Assembly (NCBI GenBank): GCA_043754515.1
Contig: JAYUUO010000222.1
Span: 1 to 28,381 of the forward strand
DNA from: Armatimonadota bacterium
Lineage (GTDB): Bacteria > Armatimonadota > Armatimonadia > Armatimonadales > Armatimonadaceae
Direction: 5' to 3'
Length of the DNA: 28,381 bases
Shown here in pieces: positions 1-6,617 of the stretch. The position numbers were made by a program, and so were the translations under genes. The notes under the pieces were generated by a model. It was not told where the DNA came from and made no database searches. It saw only the letters and a program-made list of their open reading frames with translations. Numbering within the stretch: position 1 is the stretch's first letter; each line of letters starts with the position of its first letter.

Positions 1-1
1 A

Positions 2-109
2 CACAAATACGGGGTCTCGTACCAGACGTGCCATCGGTATTTCCAGGAGTGGGTCCGCGCCGATGTTTGGCGCGAGGCGTGGCGATCGCTCGCGCGAGAT
101 GGAGGATGA
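2..109 (+). mobile_element. 3' end of an ORF encoding an IS5-family transposase N-terminal (DUF4096-like) domain; no DDE domain follows
   Basis: Frame 2 reads HKYGVSYQTCHRYFQEWVRADVWREAWRSLARDGG-stop (TGA 107-109). This matches the 'KYG..WQTxHRRFxxW..xGVW' pattern of IS5 N-terminal domains. The ORF is cut by the window edge. Confidence 0.65.
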
Positions 110-324
110 TTCCCTCCTGGATTTATAGCACGTTATTTTCCGGATCGCGGAAGTATAAGGGTGCGATGGCCGTAATGATGGTCGCGCGGTGGTTCGAGAT
201 TGTTCCGCCATTTGCGGCAAGCACTTCCAAGCTGACGCGCTGACGGAGGGCAAAGGCGGCAGGCGCGACTCGAACGCCACAAAACCCGCGCGGGCGTCGC
301 GCAGTTTGTCCCGCCCCCTTCCTG

Positions 325-330
325 TATAAT
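325..330 (+). promoter_or_regulatory. -10 box of rpiA, probably a leaderless transcript
   Basis: Perfect TATAAT ending 6 nt before the ATG at 337; no SD in between. Confidence 0.55.
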
Positions 331-336
331 GCGGAC

Positions 337-1056
337 ATGATTAAGACGACAACAGGCGATAACGCGGTTGCGAAGCGGGCGGCAGCGCACGCGGCGGCGG
401 AACGCGTCGAGAGCGGCATGGTGGTCGGCATCGGGACTGGCTCGACCGCGAAGTTCTTCATTGAGGCACTCGCCGAACGCGTGGCGACCGGCGGCTTGAA
501 ACTGCGCGGCGTGCCCACCTCGCGCCAGTCCCGCGCGCTGGTCGAGCAATTCGGTTTTCCCATCGTGCCGCTAACGGCGGCGACGCGCCCCGATTTAACG
601 GTGGACGGCGCGGACGAGTTCGACCCCGCGCTAAACCTGATCAAGGGCGGCGGCGGCGCGCTGGTACAGGAGAAACTGGTCGCGGCGTCGTCACGCGAAA
701 TGATCGTGATCGCCGACGAGAGCAAGGCGGTCGCTCTGCTGGGCAAGTTCCCCCTGCCCGTCGCCGTGGTGCCGTTCGGCTGGGAGACGACGCAAGAGCG
801 GCTGACGGAGCGGTTCGGGGTCGAGGCGACCCTGCGACAGAGCCGCGACGGCCACGGTCCCTTCGTGACCGACGACGGTTTGTACATCATTGACCTGCAC
901 TTCGGGGGCATTCCCGACCCGCCGACGCTGGAGGCACGGGTGCGCGGCGTCACCGGGGTCGCGGAGGTTGGGCTGTTCGTGGGGATCGCGCGGCGCGTGT
1001 TGCTCGGCGCGAACGACGGCACGGTTCGGGAGATCACACGGGCGGCGGGCGGCTAG
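337..1056 (+). CDS. rpiA: ribose-5-phosphate isomerase A
   Basis: GIGTGSTA, DGADE, LIKGGGGAL, EKLVA and VTDDGLYIID motifs. Confidence 0.97.
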   Translation: MIKTTTGDNAVAKRAAAHAAAERVESGMVVGIGTGSTAKFFIEALAERVATGGLKLRGVPTSRQSRALVEQFGFPIVPLTAATRPDLTVDGADEFDPALNLIKGGGGALVQEKLVAASSREMIVIADESKAVALLGKFPLPVAVVPFGWETTQERLTERFGVEATLRQSRDGHGPFVTDDGLYIIDLHFGGIPDPPTLEARVRGVTGVAEVGLFVGIARRVLLGANDGTVREITRAAGG

Positions 1057-1520
1057 GGGGCGAAGCGGCGGCACAGGTAGAGCAGGCCCCAGATTCCGAG
1101 TGCTACCAGGGTCGCGGATCGGGCGACGCGGACTCCGTAGCGGAAATATGTCGCGATTGCGTAGCCGATAATGGCCGCGCCAATAGTTCTCGGGCCGCAC
1201 TCATCGTAGGCACGCGCCGGAATAAGAAGGCCCATCCCGCAATGCCCGTAATAACGAGCGAGGTGTTCCGTTATGTCCGCCGAGGCCCATAGGCACATAC
1301 CGGAAGCCGTCAGCGCAAGCGTGACACCGAAGCCACGCCGTCGGTATTCGTGCCAGTGTTCTGTTAAGATTCCGATGGTGTGAGCGCGCTTACAGCCTCC
1401 TTGCCGGGATCGTCGCAACCGTGGCCGCTCGCGCCGAGAGTCGCGCCCGTCGTCAACGCGGGTCATGAATTCGCCGCGATCCTGCGGACTAGCACCCGTG
1501 TCGCCTACCCCCCGTGACAT
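1053..1520 (-). CDS. possible small membrane protein (start uncertain, may be a remnant)
   Basis: The C-terminal ~100 aa have three hydrophobic segments. The N-terminal part runs through palindromic DNA and looks non-coding. Confidence 0.35.
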   Translation of the reverse strand: MSRGVGDTGASPQDRGEFMTRVDDGRDSRRERPRLRRSRQGGCKRAHTIGILTEHWHEYRRRGFGVTLALTASGMCLWASADITEHLARYYGHCGMGLLIPARAYDECGPRTIGAAIIGYAIATYFRYGVRVARSATLVALGIWGLLYLCRRFAP

Positions 1521-1625
1521 AAGGGGTATTCTGACCGGCGACAGGTCATGTGGGTTTCGCCCGCCCGCCGGGAACGCGGGGCGAAACCCGCGTGGCCACG
1601 GGGGAACGAAACCCGCGTTCCCGGC
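1499..1625. repeat. cluster of inverted and direct repeats (REP-like)
   Basis: IR 1552-1562/1579-1589 (GGGTTTCGCCC), IR 1567-1580/1612-1625 (14 bp), direct repeat CGAAACCCGCGT at 1582 and 1607, and a hairpin at 1499-1543. Confidence 0.6.
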
Positions 1626-1701
1626 ACGGCGGCGCGTAACTAACCAGACTATGATGTAATCGCTCTACCGGCACGGCTCATCAAACAGCGCGAGCCTACA
1701 A

Positions 1702-1749
1702 GCAAGGCATCCCGCCCCGACACTGGGGCGTCGGGGCGGGATGCCTTGC
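1702..1749. terminator. perfect 20-bp hairpin, likely a terminator or processing stem for the minus-strand frame ending at 1765
   Basis: GCAAGGCATCCCGCCCCGAC (1702-1721), 8-nt loop, then its exact reverse complement (1730-1749); the U-tract is weak. Confidence 0.6.
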
Positions 1750-1764
1750 GCGTGATCGGCGGGT

Positions 1765-1955
1765 CTACTTCCCCGCCGCGCCCCTCTCCGCGCGGCGGCG
1801 GTTGATCTTATCCTCGACCGCGCTCTCCGAGGAGTGCGGCGCGGCACCGGCGGGGACGGCCCCTTGTTGAGTAATGGGCGCTTCCTTCGGCTTCGAGTCG
1901 CACCCCGCGTTTGCGACGCAGGCGAGACCGCCCGCCGCTACAGGGATGCGAAGTG
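1765..1955 (-). pseudogene. small lipoprotein-like frame lacking a start codon
   Basis: Reads ..LRIPVAAGGLACVANAG-C-DSKPKEAPITQQGAVPAGAAPHSSESAVEDKINRRRAERGAAGK-stop, with a lipobox-like NAGC (Cys 1900-1902). No ATG/GTG/TTG occurs in frame up to the stop at 2017-2019. Confidence 0.5.
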
Positions 1956-2491
1956 TAGCTCCTCTGGGTGATGTGTGTAATTTCGAACTGAATCGTTTTG
2001 ATCTACGAGAACGGCCTCAGGTTACCGGTGCTCTAACTATTAGCCAGTGTACCTCCCTGACACCGTGCGCGGGGCAAAGGACGACAGGCGGGGCACCCCT
2101 GCAACAGCGGCCCCCCTCCAGGAGCATTGCTCCCGGAAGGACGCCGATACGCGGATTAGCGATTCTTGTTGCGGAACTCCGGCCCCGCATGGTTCTCCGC
2201 GGCATGGGGCACGGCACCCCCTGGAGCGGTCGCCGGGTCTATGTTCTTCGGCTCCTCGGTCTTTTCCGCATCCTGTTCCCAGCGCGGAGAGTAACGCGAG
2301 GAACAGGACGCACAGAGCCGAGGAGAGAATACCGCGTGTGAAGCACTCTTTAAACGACTAACCGTTAATCTACGGTTTGGTTTCCGTGTTTTCTATTATC
2401 GGCAGAGCTAATACGCTCATCAGGTCTTGTGTCAGCAGTAAGATAAAGAGTGACTTGGCGACGTCGTGTTCTAGTCCTGTCTACACGACGT
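1953..2491. ncRNA. candidate large structured non-coding RNA/ssDNA element of unknown family
   Basis: No credible ORF. Nested stems: 2101-2106/2167-2172, ~2114-2125/2129-2140, 2182-2186/2206-2210, 2229-2234/2457-2462, a long hairpin ~2250-2325, 2344-2352/2444-2452, 2360-2365/2372-2377 and 2461-2469/2483-2491. Confidence 0.6.
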
Positions 2492-2555
2492 GATCCCACG
2501 GTGTCACCGACGTGATTCCACGGTGTCACCGACGTAATCCCACGGTGTCACCGAC
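2487..2555. repeat. three tandem 22-bp direct repeats GACGTRATYCCACGGTGTCACC plus a partial GAC
   Basis: Units at 2487-2508, 2509-2530 and 2531-2552; units 2 and 3 each differ from unit 1 by one base; no spacers. Confidence 0.95.
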
Positions 2556-2624
2556 AGCGGCGCGCAAACACGACAAGCCGCCGGGCAGGATTAACTCGCT
2601 CCCCCCGCGAATAGTAGAGGTACC

Positions 2625-3203
2625 ATGTCATCGAAAGCCGTATTACGACTCCTAATCGGGTGTGTCATCTCCGCGCTACTCCTCGTCTGGCTCTTGCCCG
2701 TGATCGGCGTGCCGACGTCTTACCTGCTCCCCCCTTCCGTGGAACTCGGAACGGCGAAAGGCAAGACGACCGCCTACGTCACCACAAAGAAGACAGGGGG
2801 AAGCATAAACCCGTTCAACTCGGGCGAGACGATGTACTACATTACCTACCAGTTCCGGGCGACGCCGCCGGAGAACTTGATCGAGAAGCCGACCCCCGAC
2901 GAGAAAAAGAAGAAAAAGGTGTACCATGGCCACGTTAATGTAACCGAAGCCACCTACCATTCGTTCCGCAACCCTGAAACGAAAGATGACCCGGCGAACG
3001 ACAAAAAGTCAGAGACTATGCCGGTACGGTTCGAGAAGACACGCCCCGATATAAACGCCGCTCTGGTGGACGGCACGCGCATGAACGATGAAGGGGGTTC
3101 CGTTTTCTTCGGGTCATGGATGCTGTTCGTCGCCGGTATACTCCTGCTCGGCTACATTATCGCGCCGTTTTTGCAACGTATCTTCCTGCGCGAGGACTAC
3201 TGA
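2625..3203 (+). CDS. membrane protein with N- and C-terminal TM helices (DUF3592-like topology)
   Basis: Two hydrophobic helices bracket a beta-rich soluble domain ('YYITYQF'); GAGG SD upstream. Confidence 0.8.
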   Translation: MSSKAVLRLLIGCVISALLLVWLLPVIGVPTSYLLPPSVELGTAKGKTTAYVTTKKTGGSINPFNSGETMYYITYQFRATPPENLIEKPTPDEKKKKKVYHGHVNVTEATYHSFRNPETKDDPANDKKSETMPVRFEKTRPDINAALVDGTRMNDEGGSVFFGSWMLFVAGILLLGYIIAPFLQRIFLREDY

Positions 3204-3242
3204 GAAAGAAGGTTTGCCGCCGGAAACGGCGAACATAGCGAC

Positions 3243-5141
3243 GTGAATGACATATACCGGTTCCTCTTGAGCACACTCTGTCTGTCCCTGGCTACCCCGC
3301 CCGCCCTCGCCCAAGCCCCGACGACCGTCGGGAGCATGCACCCCCTCCCGACACAAATCGTGATCCCCCCGCCTCCGGTGCCACCCGCGCCCTACCTGCC
3401 CTTCCCGCAGCTCGGGAGCGCACCGCTCGACGAGGCGAATAACGGCTGGGGCATCGCACAAACCACCGCCCGCTCCCGGCACTTGCAAGCCCGCATCCAG
3501 TGGATTGACGCGACCGCGAATCTGGACCGCATTAACAGTCCCGAGAAGGTCAAGGCAGTCGTCGCGCAGATCAAGGGCGCGGGGTTCAATTCCATCTGCC
3601 TCGACGTCAAGCCCATCGGCGGCGAGGTGCTCTACAACAGCCGCGTCGCGCCGAAAATCACCTCATTCTCCAAAAGCGGTCAGCTGATAAAGACGCTCCC
3701 CGCCGACTTCGACCCGCTCGCCGCCATGGCGACCGAGTGCCGCGCCCAGGGGATCAACCTTCTGGCGAACTTCAACGCGTTTTCGGAGGGGCATCAATTA
3801 TTCGGCACCGGCCCTGGCTACGCGCACCCCGAATGGCAGACGGTGCTCTATGAGGAGAAGCCATCGCTCCTGATACCGACCGCCCCTGCCCCGCTCCCGC
3901 TCGCCGTGCGCGTGAACGAACTGCCGCTGGTGGAGGCCGAAATCGCGGTATACACCGACACCACCCGGATCACGGCTGACCTCGCCTATAGCAAAAAACC
4001 GCAATCGCTCGTGGTCGTGCTGGATAAGACCGGGAGCGTTGTCGCGCAGACGACGGGCGCCTTCTGGCGGTCACCCGGCATCACGCTTCCCGAAGGCGGG
4101 GCCGCGCTCGTCGCCCTATCCCCCGCCTCGACCGACGCCCTGAAGCGGTTCGCCTCCGTCGGGGTACGTGTCACGCTCGCCTCGACGCCGAACTTCGTGC
4201 CGATAGGGCAACGCCCCCGGCGGCAGGTCCCGCTGATGACGAACCCGTTCCGGCCCGACGTGCGCGACCGCCTTCTCGCGATTATCTCGGAGGTGGTGAC
4301 GGGCTACGACATCAGCGGGGTGATCTTCGACGACCGGTTGCGTTACGCCGGACTCGACGCCGACTTTTCCCCCGAGGCGCGGCAGGGGTTCGAGACGTAT
4401 GTCGGCAGAACCGTGCGCTGGCCCGATGACATCCTGCGCTACGCCTATCGCTTCCCGACCCTGGAGCGGACGATGACGCCGGGGCCGGACTACGACGCCT
4501 GGCTCGTGTTCCGCGCGCTGACTCTGCGCAACTTCCTCGCGGGCGTCGTACGCACGGTGAAAACGGCGAAGCCGAACGTGACCGTTTCCACGTATGTCGG
4601 CTCGTGGTACCCCGACTACCCCGATGTCGGCGCAAACTGGGCGGGCGATGATTTCGGCGCGGGCTTCCGCTTTCTCAGCCCGTCCTACGAGAAGACGGGC
4701 TGGGCGGGGCTGACCGACTTCGTGGTCACCGGCTGTTATTACACGACCGCGACTATCGCGGACGCGGTGGCGAATGGCGAGGAGATCGGCTCCACGGTCG
4801 AGGCGGCGGGGCAGTTCTCGAACCGCGCCGTGAACGACAACTCGTGGACCTACGCGGGCATCGCGCTCTCCGACTTCAAAAACAAAACGCCCGACGATCT
4901 GAAACGCGCCCTGCAAGCGGCGTGCGCGACCACCCAGGGCGTGATGGTTTTCGACTTTTCGCACGACTGGGAGCAGTGGCAACCGGTGTTCGCGGAAGCG
5001 TTCAAGACCCCGGCGACGCCCCCGCATCTGGTGCCCGATGCTCTGGCCGAAGTGCGACGACAGCACGCGGCAAAGAAGGCGGCGGGTATAATTGACCCGC
5101 CCACGATCCTGTACAAGGGCAAGTCGGGGACGGGCTTCTGA
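3243..5141 (+). CDS. secreted glycoside hydrolase-like family 10 (GHL10/DUF187) protein
   Basis: Signal peptide; GFNSICLDVKP.GGEVLYNS, FDPL, NP..PDVR, YDISGVIFDD.RY motifs; an inserted domain in the middle. Confidence 0.85.
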   Translation: MNDIYRFLLSTLCLSLATPPALAQAPTTVGSMHPLPTQIVIPPPPVPPAPYLPFPQLGSAPLDEANNGWGIAQTTARSRHLQARIQWIDATANLDRINSPEKVKAVVAQIKGAGFNSICLDVKPIGGEVLYNSRVAPKITSFSKSGQLIKTLPADFDPLAAMATECRAQGINLLANFNAFSEGHQLFGTGPGYAHPEWQTVLYEEKPSLLIPTAPAPLPLAVRVNELPLVEAEIAVYTDTTRITADLAYSKKPQSLVVVLDKTGSVVAQTTGAFWRSPGITLPEGGAALVALSPASTDALKRFASVGVRVTLASTPNFVPIGQRPRRQVPLMTNPFRPDVRDRLLAIISEVVTGYDISGVIFDDRLRYAGLDADFSPEARQGFETYVGRTVRWPDDILRYAYRFPTLERTMTPGPDYDAWLVFRALTLRNFLAGVVRTVKTAKPNVTVSTYVGSWYPDYPDVGANWAGDDFGAGFRFLSPSYEKTGWAGLTDFVVTGCYYTTATIADAVANGEEIGSTVEAAGQFSNRAVNDNSWTYAGIALSDFKNKTPDDLKRALQAACATTQGVMVFDFSHDWEQWQPVFAEAFKTPATPPHLVPDALAEVRRQHAAKKAAGIIDPPTILYKGKSGTGF

Positions 5142-5258
5142 CGCGTGGTGCTCGGTCGCGGCCCCGGAAAACGGAGGCGGTTCCCATCCGCGATCCGGTT
5201 ACCGACCGGAATCCTTCTGCCGTGGCTACCTGTTGTAGGAAGTTCGGAGGCCACGACC

Positions 5259-6617
5259 ATGAAGCAATTCCTTCTGCACGAACACGAAACGCGCCCGTTC
5301 GAGTGGACGGAGCGCGACCACCACGCCGCCGTCCGCCTGAACCGGATCGCGGGCACCGAACTGGTTCGGCTCGGGTACGACGCGCGGGGCGCGAAGACGT
5401 TACAGTCATTCCAGCACGTCGGCGTGTTGCGGCTCGCGCCCGGACGCACGGTACATATCGTGCCCAAGATCCACCGGCACGCGGGCGGGTGCGTGGACGA
5501 GGATGTCGCGCGGCATGCCTCGCGGACTCTGCTCCGCTGGCTTGGTTACGCGGGAACGCTCCCGTATCACGCCGCCGAACGCGCCGCGCTGGAGACGCGC
5601 AACCCGGACTGGTTCGAGGTTTTAACTCGATTTTACGCCGAGAATCTGCGCGACGAGTGGCGACGCGGCCCGATCCGGACGTACATCTCGCGCGACGATG
5701 ACCGCTCGCCGAACCTGGTCGGGCGGTGGCGCGTCGCGGAGCAACTGTGTCGCCCCGCCGAAAAGGGCGTGTTCCGTGTCACCCGCGATGAGTTTTCCGG
5801 GGACACGCCGCTGAACCGCGTGCTACGCTATGTGTGCGAGGTGTTACGCAGGCGGACTACCGACCGGGGGAACCGGGCGATCCTGGATGGTGTGGCGGAC
5901 GAGATGGACGCCGACCCAGTGACGCTACTACTGCAAGTCACGCTCGCGGACGCCGACCCATCACGCCTCCTCTCCCGCCTGAACATGCGCTACGCCCCGC
6001 TCCTTTCTCTCGCGCGGCTGTTCCTGTCGGAGCGAGGCACGGAGCTACTGCCGGGGCAATCGCCGGACGACGAGACGTGGTCGTTCACACTCGACATGAA
6101 CCGCCTGTTCGAGCAGTTCGTCGCCGGGTTCTTCGCGCGTCACAAAACGGCCTGCCTGCCGGACGGCCTCGCGGACTGCACGGTTCTGCCGCAGGCGCGG
6201 GGCCAACGGACGCGCTATCTGGCATTCGACGCCGCCGACCGTGGCCGATTCGAGTTGCACCCCGATCTGGTGCTACGTGCCCCGGACGGCACGTTCTCGA
6301 TGCTACTCGACACGAAGTACAAGCGGCTTAACGAAACGCAGTCCAGCAAAGGAGTCGCGCAATCCGACCTGTACCAGATGTTCGCCTACGCGCACTGCTT
6401 CCCATCCCCGCGCATCGTGCTGTTATACCCAGCGTCGGATGGCGGCGCGGTCGGCGAGCGGGCCACATTCCGGTTCGGCGGCGCGGGCGACGGAACTGTG
6501 CACCGCGTGACCGTGGCTACGATAGACACGCGCAACAATTTGCGGACGGCGGGCGATGTTGACCGGATGGCCCGAGAGTTGCGGCAGATTTTGACGGAGG
6601 AACCTGAAGCAACATGA
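5259..6617 (+). CDS. mcrC: McrC-family PD-(D/E)xK restriction endonuclease subunit
   Basis: HIVPKI, DTPLNRVL, DMNRLFEQFV, PDLVL...LLDTKYK and SDLYQMFAYA motifs. The start is placed at ATG 5259 after GGAGG rather than at 5145. Confidence 0.92.
   Translation: MKQFLLHEHETRPFEWTERDHHAAVRLNRIAGTELVRLGYDARGAKTLQSFQHVGVLRLAPGRTVHIVPKIHRHAGGCVDEDVARHASRTLLRWLGYAGTLPYHAAERAALETRNPDWFEVLTRFYAENLRDEWRRGPIRTYISRDDDRSPNLVGRWRVAEQLCRPAEKGVFRVTRDEFSGDTPLNRVLRYVCEVLRRRTTDRGNRAILDGVADEMDADPVTLLLQVTLADADPSRLLSRLNMRYAPLLSLARLFLSERGTELLPGQSPDDETWSFTLDMNRLFEQFVAGFFARHKTACLPDGLADCTVLPQARGQRTRYLAFDAADRGRFELHPDLVLRAPDGTFSMLLDTKYKRLNETQSSKGVAQSDLYQMFAYAHCFPSPRIVLLYPASDGGAVGERATFRFGGAGDGTVHRVTVATIDTRNNLRTAGDVDRMARELRQILTEEPEAT

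Noticed and set aside
1874..2361. ORFs 1874-2341, 2047-2361 and 2017-2217 as proteins
   Set aside because: No SD, Arg/Pro-rich shadow-type composition and no recognisable motifs; the region is better explained by base-pairing.
1953..2491. tmRNA, RNase P RNA or group II intron identity
   Set aside because: I found no tRNA-like acceptor/T-arm ends or tag peptide, no RNase P GAGGAAAGUCC core and no domain V/VI consensus on either strand.
2487..2555. CRISPR array
   Set aside because: The repeats are head-to-tail with no spacers, and there are no cas genes in the window.
5145..5258. Longer mcrC start at 5145
   Set aside because: A strong GGAGG precedes ATG 5259, and the extension is not McrC-like.
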